Of a DNA stretch of 40,915 nucleotides, positions 14,327 through 22,935 are shown piece after piece. The stretch spans positions 1 through 40,915 of the forward strand of contig DASTVO010000455.1 of assembly GCA_035759075.1 (NCBI GenBank). The letters are read 5' to 3'. Position 1 is the first letter of the stretch; each line of letters opens with the position of its first letter. The notes below the pieces were generated by a model. That model ran no database searches. It saw nothing but the letters and a program-made list of their open reading frames with translations, and was not told the origin of the DNA. This stretch comes from Actinomycetes bacterium. Its GTDB lineage: Bacteria > Actinomycetota > Actinomycetes > JACCUZ01. The position numbers were made by a program, and so were the translations under genes.

Positions 14327-17300
14327 GTGCCCAGCGATCCCTTCGTCCACCTCCACGTCGCGTCGGGCTACTCGCTGCGCTACGGCGCCTCCCACCCGCA
14401 CGTGCTGGTCGAGCGCGCGGCCGAGCACGGCATGGACACCCTGGCGCTCACCGACCGCGACGGCGTGTACGGCGCGGTGAAGTTCGCCCGGGCCTGCCAG
14501 CTGGCGGGCATCCGCCCGGTTCTCGGTGTCGACCTCGCGGTCGAGCCCAGCGGCCTGCTCACCGGCGCGCACCCCTCGCTGCGCCCCACCACCCGGTCTG
14601 CGGGCATCCGGGCGCAGCCGGCCCGGGGAGGCGCCTCCGTCGACCCCCGGCACCCGCGGGTCACCCTGCTCGCGCAGGACAAGCGTGGCTGGGCGGCGCT
14701 GTGCCGGCTGGTCTCCGCGACTCACCTGCGCGGCGAGCGGGGCACGCCGGTCACGACCCTCGACCTGGTCGCCGAGCACGTGCAGGCGGCGGCGGCCGGG
14801 GGAGCGGGCGGGCTGCTGGTGCTGCTCGGTCCCGGCTCCGAGGTCGGCCGGGCGCTGACCGCCCGCCGGCCCGACCTCGCCGGGGCGGTGCTCGACCGCT
14901 GGCGGGGCGCCGTCGACCGAGACGACCTGCTGCTCGAGGTCGTCTCGCACCGCGGACCCGACGACCTGCCCCGCGCCGCCCGCATGCTGCGGCTGGCCAC
15001 CGAGGAACGGCTCACCGCCGTGCTCACCAACGCCGTCCGCTACGCCGACCGCTCCGACGCGCCCACCATCGACGTCCTCGACGCCGCCCGCCGGCTGGTT
15101 CCCCTCGACCCGCGCCACGTCGACCGCGTCAACGCCGAGGGCTACCTCAAGTCCGGCAAGGAGATGGCGGAGGTCGCCGAGGAGGTCGCCACCGCGGCCG
15201 GTCTCGACCCGCGGGTGGCCCGCCGGCTGCTGGCCGCCACCCGGAGGGTGGCCGACCGCTGCGCCGTCGACCCGCGGGCCGACCTCGGGATGGGGGAGGT
15301 GCACTTCCCCGACCTCGACGTGCTCGGAGTGGCGACGTCCGGAGCGAGGAACGAGCGGAGGCGGAGTGCGACCGACGCGCTCGGTGTGGACGGTCGGGCG
15401 AGCAACGACCCGGTCGCGGCCGCCCAGGCGGCGCTGCGGGCGCGCTGCGAGGCCGGGCTGGGGCGCCGGGCGATGCCGGCGACCCGAGCGGTCCGGGAGC
15501 GGCTCGACGCCGAGCTCGACGTCATCGCCCGGCTCGGCTACCCGTCGTACTTCCTCACCGTCGCCGACGTCGTCGACCTCATCCGCGGCATGGGGGTGCG
15601 GGTCGCTGCCCGCGGGTCCGGCGCCGGCAGCCTGGTCAACTACCTGCTCGGGGTCTCCGGGGTCGACCCGATGCGCCACGGGCTGCTGATGGAGCGGTTC
15701 CTGTCCCCGCTGCGCGAGGCGCTGCCTGACATCGACGTCGACGTCGAGTCCGCCCGCCGCACCGAGGTCTACGAGCGCATCCTCGACCGCTTCGGCGGCG
15801 AGCGGGTGGCCTGTGTCTCGATGATGGACACCTACCGCGTGCGTCACGCGGTCCGCGACGTCGGGGCGGCGCTCGGCATGCCGCCGGGCGAGATCGACCA
15901 GATCGCCAAGGCGTTCCCGCACATCCGTGCCCGCGACGTGCACCTGGCGCTGGAGGAGCTGCCCGAGCTGCGCGCCTCCCGGATGGGTGAGGGCAGCCTC
16001 GACCTGCTGTTCCGGCTGGTGGCCCGCCTCGACGGGCTGCCGCGCCACGTCGCGCTGCACCCGTGCGGGGTGCTGCTCTCCGACACCACCCTGCTCGACC
16101 GCACCCCGGTGGAGGCGAGCTGGCTGGGGTTCCCGATGAGCCAGTTCGACAAGGACGACGTCGAGGAGCTCGGGCTGCTCAAGCTCGACGTGCTCGGCAT
16201 CCGCATGCAGTCCGCGATGTCGTACGCGGTGGACGAGGTGGTCCGGGTCGACGGTGGCGCCCCGATCGATCTCGACGACCAGACCCAGGTGCCGCTCGAC
16301 GACCCGGACACGTTCGCGCTGATCCAGTCCACCCGCACCCTGGGCATGTTCCAGATCGAGTCGCCCGGGCAGCGCGAGCTGGTCGGCAAGTTCGGGCCCG
16401 AGACGTTCGGCGACCTCATCACCGACATCTCGCTGTTCCGGCCCGGCCCGGTCAAGAGCGACATGGTCACGCCGTTCCTCAAGGCCCGGCAGGGCTGGGC
16501 CGAGCCCGAGTACCTGCACGAGTCGCTGCGGTTCGCGCTGGAGGAGACCTGCGGCGTCGTGGTCTTCCACGAGCAGGTGCTGCAGATCATCTCGACGGTC
16601 GCCGGCTGCACGCTGGCCGAGGCCGACGAGATGCGCCGGGCGCTGGGCAGCCCCGAGGGGCAGCCCGAGGTGGAGGTGTGGCTGCGCCCGCGGGCGCTGG
16701 CCCGCGGCTACGACGTGCCGACCGTGGACAGGGTCTGGGAGGTGCTCAAGGCCTTCGCCTCGTTCGGGTTCTGCAAGGCGCACGCGGCCGCGTTCGCGCT
16801 GCCCACCTACCAGTCGGCGTGGCTCAAGACCCACCACCCGGCGGCCTTCCTCGCCGGGGTGCTCACCCACGACCCCGGCATGTACCCCAAGCGGCTCATC
16901 CTCGACGACGCCCGCCAGTTCGGCATCGCCGTGCTGCCCCTCGACGTCAACCGCTCCGACGCCACCTACCGGGTGGAGCGGGTCGCCGACCCCCCGGCGG
17001 AGGTGGCGCGGCCGTGGGAGCGGGCACCCGCCTACGGCATCCGGCTCGCCCTGTCGGAGGTGAAGGGCATCGCCGAGGCCGAGGTCGCGCGGATCGTGGC
17101 CGGCCGGCCCTACGGCTCGCTGTCGGACTTCTGGCACCGGGCCTCGGTGTCCCGCCCGGTCGTGGAGCGGCTGGTCCTGACCGGCGCGTTCGACGACCTC
17201 TACTCCCTGCGCGCCCCGGAGCGGTCCGCGGGCAGCACCCGCACCCGGCTGACCCGCCGCGACCTGCTGCTGCAGGTCGGCGAGCTCGACCGGTGGTCGC

Positions 17301-18382
17301 GGGCGGTGGCCCGCGGCGCCCGGCGGTCCCGGCGTACGACGGGGAGAGGCGGTGCCCTGCGCAGCACCGCCGCCGACGACCGCGCCGCCCAGCTGCTGCT
17401 CGCCTCCGCCGCGGGAGAGGCGCTCACGACCGTCGAGCGGCCCGACGTCTCCCGGACAGGGGTGCGCGAGCTGGCCGCCCGGCAGTCCCAGGCGTCGCAG
17501 CCGGTGGTGGACTCGCCGGTGCAGCTGGCCCTCGACCTCGAGGACGCACCGCACTCGGTGGCCCCGAGCGGGCTGCCGGAGATGACCGGCGCCGAGCGGG
17601 TCCGGGCCGAGCTGGAGGTGCTCGGCCTCGACGCCAGCCGGCACGTCGTCGACTTCTACGAGCCGTTCCTCGCCGAGCTGGGGGTGACCCGGGCGCCCGA
17701 TCTCGTGCACTGCCGCAGCCAGGCGGAGGTGCTGGTCGCGGGGGTGAAGGTCGCGACCCAGACGCCGCCGATCCGGTCCGGCAAGCGGGTCGTCTTCGTC
17801 ACCCTCGACGACGCCCGCGGGCCGATCGACGCGACCTTCTTCGAGGACGCGCAGGGGCCCTACGCCGCAACGCTGTTCCACTCCTGGCTGCTGGTCATCC
17901 GTGGCCACGTCCGGCGCACCGGGCCGCGCGGGGTGTCGATGCGGGCCACCGGCTGCTGGGAGCTCACCGAGCTGCACCAGGCCTGGCAGCACGGCGGCCT
18001 GGACGCGGTGGCCGACCTGATGGCCGCGACCGGTCCGGTCACCGACCTCTCGGTCGCCGGCGCCGCCGAGAGCCGCTCCTCCCGGCCGGTGATGGCCCGG
18101 CCGCCGACCGGCAGCGCCGCCGAGGTCTACGAGCCGCGCGAGGTGGGCAAGGCCGGGTCGGCCGGCGGGATGGGCCGGCCACGCCGCGTGCTGGTGCACC
18201 CCAGCGGCTTCCGCCAGTCGCCCTACGCCGACGTCCGGCCACCGGGGGACGACGCGGCCTCGACCCGGCGGGCGGTCGCCCGCCAGGAGACAGCCCGCCA
18301 GGAGACAGCCCGCCAAGAGACAGCCTCCGCCAAGGCGCCGCGCAAGCTGTGGCACTCCAGCCCCGGCAGCCCGGGCCGATGA
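14327..18382 (+). CDS. dnaE2: C-family DNA polymerase III alpha-like, error-prone DnaE2 type
   Basis: 1351-aa ORF. It has an N-terminal PHP domain (FVHLHVASGYSLRYGAS...LALTDRDGVYGAVKF) and polymerase core segments (LKLDVLGIRMQS, FHEQVLQ, FGFCKAHAAAFA). The C-terminal tail ends ...PRKLWHSSPGSPGR. The DnaE2 assignment rests on the LexA box context and tail resemblance; C-family polymerase membership is secure. Confidence 0.85.
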   Translation: MPSDPFVHLHVASGYSLRYGASHPHVLVERAAEHGMDTLALTDRDGVYGAVKFARACQLAGIRPVLGVDLAVEPSGLLTGAHPSLRPTTRSAGIRAQPARGGASVDPRHPRVTLLAQDKRGWAALCRLVSATHLRGERGTPVTTLDLVAEHVQAAAAGGAGGLLVLLGPGSEVGRALTARRPDLAGAVLDRWRGAVDRDDLLLEVVSHRGPDDLPRAARMLRLATEERLTAVLTNAVRYADRSDAPTIDVLDAARRLVPLDPRHVDRVNAEGYLKSGKEMAEVAEEVATAAGLDPRVARRLLAATRRVADRCAVDPRADLGMGEVHFPDLDVLGVATSGARNERRRSATDALGVDGRASNDPVAAAQAALRARCEAGLGRRAMPATRAVRERLDAELDVIARLGYPSYFLTVADVVDLIRGMGVRVAARGSGAGSLVNYLLGVSGVDPMRHGLLMERFLSPLREALPDIDVDVESARRTEVYERILDRFGGERVACVSMMDTYRVRHAVRDVGAALGMPPGEIDQIAKAFPHIRARDVHLALEELPELRASRMGEGSLDLLFRLVARLDGLPRHVALHPCGVLLSDTTLLDRTPVEASWLGFPMSQFDKDDVEELGLLKLDVLGIRMQSAMSYAVDEVVRVDGGAPIDLDDQTQVPLDDPDTFALIQSTRTLGMFQIESPGQRELVGKFGPETFGDLITDISLFRPGPVKSDMVTPFLKARQGWAEPEYLHESLRFALEETCGVVVFHEQVLQIISTVAGCTLAEADEMRRALGSPEGQPEVEVWLRPRALARGYDVPTVDRVWEVLKAFASFGFCKAHAAAFALPTYQSAWLKTHHPAAFLAGVLTHDPGMYPKRLILDDARQFGIAVLPLDVNRSDATYRVERVADPPAEVARPWERAPAYGIRLALSEVKGIAEAEVARIVAGRPYGSLSDFWHRASVSRPVVERLVLTGAFDDLYSLRAPERSAGSTRTRLTRRDLLLQVGELDRWSRAVARGARRSRRTTGRGGALRSTAADDRAAQLLLASAAGEALTTVERPDVSRTGVRELAARQSQASQPVVDSPVQLALDLEDAPHSVAPSGLPEMTGAERVRAELEVLGLDASRHVVDFYEPFLAELGVTRAPDLVHCRSQAEVLVAGVKVATQTPPIRSGKRVVFVTLDDARGPIDATFFEDAQGPYAATLFHSWLLVIRGHVRRTGPRGVSMRATGCWELTELHQAWQHGGLDAVADLMAATGPVTDLSVAGAAESRSSRPVMARPPTGSAAEVYEPREVGKAGSAGGMGRPRRVLVHPSGFRQSPYADVRPPGDDAASTRRAVARQETARQETARQETASAKAPRKLWHSSPGSPGR
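18279..18323 (+). repeat. 15-bp tandem repeat x3 (CCCGCCAGGAGACAG) inside the dnaE2 3' end
   Basis: Read directly. Copies 1 and 2 are identical and copy 3 has one G to A change. It encodes ARQET x3 in the low-complexity C-terminal linker. Confidence 0.9.
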
Positions 18383-18419
18383 GCACCCTGCCCGCAGCCG
18401 ACCTCAGTAGCCTTCCGGT

Positions 18420-19172
18420 GTGCCCGCCTCCGCGCCCGACCGGTCCGTCCGCACCGCCGCGGTGTGGGAGGCGCTGCAGCAGCTCGTCGCCGCCCGCGGC
18501 GCCGCCGGCGGCGGCGAACGTCCCGAGGTCCTCGACGTGCTCGACGTCGGCGGCGGCACCGGCGGCTTCGCCGTCCCGCTGGCCGCGCAGCACCGGGTCA
18601 CCGTCGTCGACCCCAGCCCGGACGCGCTGGCCTCGCTGCAGCGGAGGGCCGGCGAGGCCGGGGTGTCGGTCCGCGCGGTGCAGGGCGACGCGGCCGGGCT
18701 GCTCGACGTGGTCGAGCCCGCCTCGGCCGACCTGGTCCTCTGCCACGGGGTGCTGGAGCACGTCGACGACGTCAAGCCCTCGGTCGAGGCGCTGGCCGCG
18801 GTCCTGCGCCCCGGCGGGTCGCTCAGCGTCCTGGCCGCTCACCGCAACGCCGTCGTCGTCGCCCGCGCCGTGGCCGGCCGGTTCGACGAGGCCCGGCACG
18901 CCCTGGAGGACCCGGACGGCCGCTGGGGCCCGGGCGACCCGCTGCCGAGGCGCTTCACCGAGGCGGGGTTGCTCGAGCTGCTCAGCGGCGCGGGGCTCGT
19001 TGTCCGCGAGGTCCACGGCGTGCGGACGGTTGCCGACCTCGTCCCCGGCGGCCTGGTCGACTCCGAGCCCGGTGCGGCCGAGGCGCTGGTCGAGCTCGAG
19101 CTGGCGACCGCACACCGTCCGGAGTTCCGCGCGGTCGCGACCCAGCTGCACGTCCTCGCCACCCGGGCCTGA
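18420..19172 (+). CDS. class I SAM-dependent methyltransferase
   Basis: 250-aa ORF with SAM-binding motif I, VLDVLDVGGGTGGF, followed by LVLCHGVLEHVDD. It starts 38 nt after the dnaE2 stop. Confidence 0.8.
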   Translation: MPASAPDRSVRTAAVWEALQQLVAARGAAGGGERPEVLDVLDVGGGTGGFAVPLAAQHRVTVVDPSPDALASLQRRAGEAGVSVRAVQGDAAGLLDVVEPASADLVLCHGVLEHVDDVKPSVEALAAVLRPGGSLSVLAAHRNAVVVARAVAGRFDEARHALEDPDGRWGPGDPLPRRFTEAGLLELLSGAGLVVREVHGVRTVADLVPGGLVDSEPGAAEALVELELATAHRPEFRAVATQLHVLATRA

Positions 19173-19175
19173 CGC

Positions 19176-20474
19176 GTGAGCCGCAGCCAGCAGCTGCACC
19201 GGCCCGGGCCGCCCTCGGGGCCGCCGGGCGACGACACCGGCTGCACCGTCCTGCACGTCGACATGGACGCCTTCTACGCCTCGGTCGAGCTGCTCACCCG
19301 GCCTGAGCTGCGCGGCACCCCGGTGATCGTGGGGGGTGGGAGCCGCGGCGTCGTGCTCTCCGCCACGTACGAGGCGCGCCGCTACGGTGTGCACTCCGCG
19401 ATGCCGATGACCCGGGCCCGCCGGCTGTGCCCGCAGGCGACGGTGGTGCCGGCGAGCCACGGGCGGTACTCCGAGGTCTCCGCCGGGGTGATGGAGATCT
19501 TCCGGTCGATCACGCCGATGGTGGAGCCGTTGTCGCTGGACGAGGCGTTCCTCGACGTGTCCGGGGCGGTGCGCCGGCTCGGACGTCCGGCCGAGATCGG
19601 CCAGCTGATCCGGGACCGCGTCGCCGACGAGCAGGGCATCACCTGCTCCGTGGGGGTGGCCAGCACCAAGTTCGTGGCCAAGCTGGCCTCCACCCGGTCC
19701 AAGCCCGACGGGCTGCTGGTCGTGCCCGCCGCGGAGGTCGTCGCCTTCCTGCACCCGCTGCCGGTCGGCGCGCTGTGGGGCGTGGGGGAGAAGACCGAGA
19801 CCGAGCTGACCCGGCTGGGTCTGCGCACCGTCGGCGACATCGCGCACACACCGCGCTCGACGCTGGTCCGGGCCCTCGGCGGGGCCACCGGCAGCCACCT
19901 GCACGCGCTGTCGTGGGGGCGGGACGAGCGCTCGGTCGTCCCGCACGAGCCGGACAAGAGCATCGGCGCCGAGGAGACGTTCGCCCGCGACGTCGACGAC
20001 CCGCAGGTGGTGCTGCGCGAGCTGCTCCGGCTGTGCGAGCGCACGGCGGCCCGGTTGCGCTCGGCCGGGCTGGCCGGGCGGACCGTCAGCCTCAAGGTCC
20101 GCTTCGCCGACTTCACCACGATCACCCGGTCCCGGACGCTGCGGGAGGCGACCGACGTCGCCGCCGTCCTGTACTCCACCGCCCGGGGCCTGTTCGAGGC
20201 GCTGGGTCTCGACCGGGCCCGGCTTCGGCTGGTCGGGGTCCGGGTCGAGCAGCTGGTCGAGTCCGACACCGCGCCGCGGCAGCTGGAGCTGGGGGAGCGC
20301 ACGCACGGCCGTCGCGAGGCGGAGCAGGCCGCCGACCGCGCGGCCCTGCGGTTCGGCAGCGGAGTGGTCCGCCCGGGCAGCCTGGTCGGTGAGGACCGTG
20401 ACCCGAAAGGACCGCCCCGCCCGCCGGACGGCCGCCCCGGGAAACCTTCCGGAGGCCCCGGGCGTCTTCCTTGA
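19176..20474 (+). CDS. dinB: DNA polymerase IV (Y-family)
   Basis: 432-aa ORF. The catalytic motifs VLHVDMDAFYASVE and SLDEAFLDVSG are intact, so this is not an ImuB-type inactive paralog. The GTG at 19176 lies 3 nt after the methyltransferase stop. Confidence 0.9.
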   Translation: MSRSQQLHRPGPPSGPPGDDTGCTVLHVDMDAFYASVELLTRPELRGTPVIVGGGSRGVVLSATYEARRYGVHSAMPMTRARRLCPQATVVPASHGRYSEVSAGVMEIFRSITPMVEPLSLDEAFLDVSGAVRRLGRPAEIGQLIRDRVADEQGITCSVGVASTKFVAKLASTRSKPDGLLVVPAAEVVAFLHPLPVGALWGVGEKTETELTRLGLRTVGDIAHTPRSTLVRALGGATGSHLHALSWGRDERSVVPHEPDKSIGAEETFARDVDDPQVVLRELLRLCERTAARLRSAGLAGRTVSLKVRFADFTTITRSRTLREATDVAAVLYSTARGLFEALGLDRARLRLVGVRVEQLVESDTAPRQLELGERTHGRREAEQAADRAALRFGSGVVRPGSLVGEDRDPKGPPRPPDGRPGKPSGGPGRLP

Positions 20475-20657
20475 CGACGGGCAGTCATCCGGACATCGGA
20501 GGACCTGTGAACCCCGTCCACCAGTCCGTCCGAGGGAAGACCACGAACAGGCTTTTGGGAGTCGGGTTTCGCCGCGACGATCCGGCGCATATCCTGAAGA
20601 GACGCAGCGGGGTCACCGTGACCAGTCACGCGGTGAACCCGGGCAGGAGGAGGATCC

Positions 20658-21077
20658 GTGCCGCTCTCTGAGCACGAGCAGCGTCTGCTCGAGCAGATGG
20701 AGCGGGCCCTCTATGCCGAGGACCCGAAGTTCGCCTCGTCGCTGCGCGGCAAGGACCCCCGCAGCAACTTCCGCCGCCGGGTGCTGCTCGCCTCCGTCGG
20801 CTTCGTCGTCGGGGTCGTGCTGCTCATGACCGGCCTGGTCGCCCAGGTCGTCCCGGTCAGCATCCTCGGCTTCGTCGCGATGCTGCTGAGCACCCTGCTC
20901 GCCGTGACCAGCTACCGCTCGATGACCACCGCCGCCCAGCTCGGCGTCGTCGAGGGCAGCGCGGTCCGCAGGCCGCGCACCGCAGCTCCCCGCAAGGACA
21001 GCCGGGCAGCCAGCCAGGGGCTCATGCATCGTCTCGAGGAGCGCTGGAACCGCCGCCGCGACGAGAACGGCCGCTGA
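20658..21077 (+). CDS. DUF3040 domain membrane protein
   Basis: 139-aa ORF. The N-terminal LSEHEQRLLEQMERALYAEDPKF plus two TM helices is the classic DUF3040 layout. AGGAGGAGGA lies upstream of the GTG at 20658. Confidence 0.8.
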   Translation: MPLSEHEQRLLEQMERALYAEDPKFASSLRGKDPRSNFRRRVLLASVGFVVGVVLLMTGLVAQVVPVSILGFVAMLLSTLLAVTSYRSMTTAAQLGVVEGSAVRRPRTAAPRKDSRAASQGLMHRLEERWNRRRDENGR

Positions 21078-21232
21078 CGCGCCAGGCGGCTCCTGCCTCG
21101 TGGTGGGCTCGATCCGCCGCCTACGCCATCTGTCCTAGCTCGCACTAGTCATAGCGCGCTACTTCGCGCGGGCGTACGTTCCCGACGACTGGCATTCGCC
21201 AGAGACCGGACGTCCTCCCACGGGGGTGTGCC

Positions 21233-22912
21233 ATGTCCGTCCCTGCCCGGAAGTTCCACCGCCTGGCCGCCGCCGCGGTGGCGCTGGCCGTCTCCGCAGC
21301 GCTGATCAGCGGCTCGCCGCGGGTGGCCGTCGCCGACGACGACCCTGACGACGAGCGCCCCGGCAGCGGCAAGCTTCGATGGACACCGTGTGGTGCGCCG
21401 TTCGAGTGCGCAGTCCTGCATGCGCCGTTGGAGCCGGACGACCGAGACCGGGGCAGGAAGGTCGCGATCGCGCTCATCCGGCTGCCGTCGACGAACCCCG
21501 GCGCCAAGATCGGCTCACTGGTGGTGAACCCGGGCGGGCCGGGAGCGCCCGGGGTGGACTTCGTTCGGGAGATCGGGTTGTTCCTGCCTCCAGCGCTGCG
21601 CGGATCGTTCGACCTGGTGGGCTTCGACCCGCGCGGCGTGGTGCGTTCCACGCCTCTGCGCTGCTTCGGCTCACCAGCCGAGTGGGAGCCGTTCTTCCTG
21701 CCCTTCCCCTTCCCGATCACCGAGGAGCAGGAGGAGGCGTGGTTCGAGGCGGACGAGTTCCTCCAGGAGGCCTGTGACGAGCGTGGCGGGCGGATCGGCG
21801 ACCACATGTCCACGGCCCAGGCTGCGCGCGACATGGACCGCATCCGTGCGGCGGTCGGGGACCCGAAGCTGACCTACCTGGGATTCTCGTACGGCAGCTT
21901 CCTGGGCAACGTCTACGCGAACCTGTTCCCCGGGCGGGTGCGCGCCGTCGTGCTCGACGGGGTCCTCGACCCGGTGGCATGGACGACGGGCGACCCCGGC
22001 GAGGAGCACCTGCCGTTCAGCACCCGCCTCGGCAGCGCCGGGGGAGCGACGGTCGGGTTGCAGCAGTTCTTCGCGGCGTGCGACGCCGCAGGCACCGACT
22101 GCGCGCTGTCAGGCAGGGCTGAGGCACGCTTCGACGACCTGGCCGAGGCGCTGGCCGAGAAGCCGGCGGAGATCCGCGACCCGGAGACCGGCGAGACGCT
22201 CCCGTTCAGCTACGCGGATCTCGTGGCCGTGGCTCTCGGGGCGCTGTACACCGAGTTCGCCTGGAAGTCGCTTGCGGAGTTCCTGGCCTTCGTCGAGGAG
22301 TCCCGGTCCCCGGCCGCCCTCGGCAGGAGCCTTCTGCGCCTTCGCGCGGACCTCGGCCTGGACACCGGCGGGATCGAGACCGACTACCAGAACTTCCTCG
22401 AGGGCTTCCCGGGCGTCGCCTGCACCGACAGCGACAACCCCGACCAGCCCGAGGCCTGGTCGAAGGCGGCCGCTGCCGCGCCGGGGTACTTCGGTGCGAT
22501 CTGGACGTGGGCGTCGAGCATCTGCTCGGACTGGCCGTTCGAGGACGACGACCGCTACACCGGGCCCTGGGACGCGCGGACCGCCGCGCCGGTGCTCCTG
22601 GTCGGCAACCTCGGCGACCCGGCCACTGCCTACACGGATGCCCAGCGGGTGGCCGGCCTGCTGCCGTCCTCCCGGTTGCTCACGTACGAGGGGGGCGGCC
22701 ACACGGCCGTCGGGGGCTTGTCGTCCTGCATCGACTCGGCCGTCATCGACTACCTGCTCAGCGTCCGCCTGCCGGCGGCCGGCACGTCGTGCCCGCGCGA
22801 GCTCGACCCGTTCGCCCCCGAGCTCGGTGCCCCCGTCGCGGGGAGCGCCGTCGCCAGGGCGCAGGTGGCGGCGCAGCTCCCCTCCGTCGTGCGCGAGGCG
22901 CTGAACCGCTGA
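21233..22912 (+). CDS. secreted alpha/beta hydrolase (tripeptidyl aminopeptidase-like)
   Basis: 559-aa ORF with a signal peptide (AAAAVALAVSAALISGSPRVAVA). It carries the motifs LVVNPGGPGAPG and the nucleophile elbow GFSYGS, and has a TAP-like C-terminal region with Cys residues. Confidence 0.8.
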   Translation: MSVPARKFHRLAAAAVALAVSAALISGSPRVAVADDDPDDERPGSGKLRWTPCGAPFECAVLHAPLEPDDRDRGRKVAIALIRLPSTNPGAKIGSLVVNPGGPGAPGVDFVREIGLFLPPALRGSFDLVGFDPRGVVRSTPLRCFGSPAEWEPFFLPFPFPITEEQEEAWFEADEFLQEACDERGGRIGDHMSTAQAARDMDRIRAAVGDPKLTYLGFSYGSFLGNVYANLFPGRVRAVVLDGVLDPVAWTTGDPGEEHLPFSTRLGSAGGATVGLQQFFAACDAAGTDCALSGRAEARFDDLAEALAEKPAEIRDPETGETLPFSYADLVAVALGALYTEFAWKSLAEFLAFVEESRSPAALGRSLLRLRADLGLDTGGIETDYQNFLEGFPGVACTDSDNPDQPEAWSKAAAAAPGYFGAIWTWASSICSDWPFEDDDRYTGPWDARTAAPVLLVGNLGDPATAYTDAQRVAGLLPSSRLLTYEGGGHTAVGGLSSCIDSAVIDYLLSVRLPAAGTSCPRELDPFAPELGAPVAGSAVARAQVAAQLPSVVREALNR

Positions 22913-22935
22913 CCCGGTCTCGGGCGCGGGTCAGC
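22908..22935. terminator. hairpin spanning both convergent stop codons
   Basis: GCTGACCCG (22908-22916) pairs with CGGGTCAGC (22927-22935). The TGA at 22910-22912 and the TCA (stop of the - gene) at 22931-22933 lie inside the stem arms. The stem is short and there is no U-tract. Confidence 0.35.

Noticed and set aside
13340-18355. 1671-aa minus-strand ORF covering the whole dnaE2 locus.
   Set aside because: It is antisense to a gene with unmistakable polymerase motifs. The translation is Arg/Gly/Pro/Ala low-complexity with no recognisable domain. Long stop-free antisense frames are expected in DNA this G+C-rich.
16063-19179. 1038-aa plus-strand ORF in an alternative frame across dnaE2 and the methyltransferase.
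   Set aside because: It is an out-of-frame overlap of two well-supported genes. Its composition is Arg/Pro/Gly-dominated and it has no motifs. It is a shadow frame.
18039-20306. 755-aa minus-strand ORF antisense to the methyltransferase and dinB. Similar long antisense or alternative-frame ORFs occur at 11141..13468(+), 22758..24734(-), 33956..35965(-), 36316..38349(-) and 4731..6494(+).
   Set aside because: Each overlaps a gene with clear catalytic motifs on the other strand or in another frame. Each translates to Arg/Gly/Pro/Ala-rich sequence without motifs.
19176-20474. Whether the Y-family gene downstream of dnaE2 is the missing ImuB.
   Set aside because: It keeps the catalytic DMDAF and SLDE acidic motifs and has the typical Pol IV length. 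ImuB proteins lack these residues, so it is called dinB.
20475-20657. Possible intrinsic terminator or sRNA after dinB, around CCTGT...ACAGGCTTTTGGG.
   Set aside because: Only a 5-bp stem with a loop of about 38 nt could be drawn, and no convincing inner helix was found. It is too weak to call.
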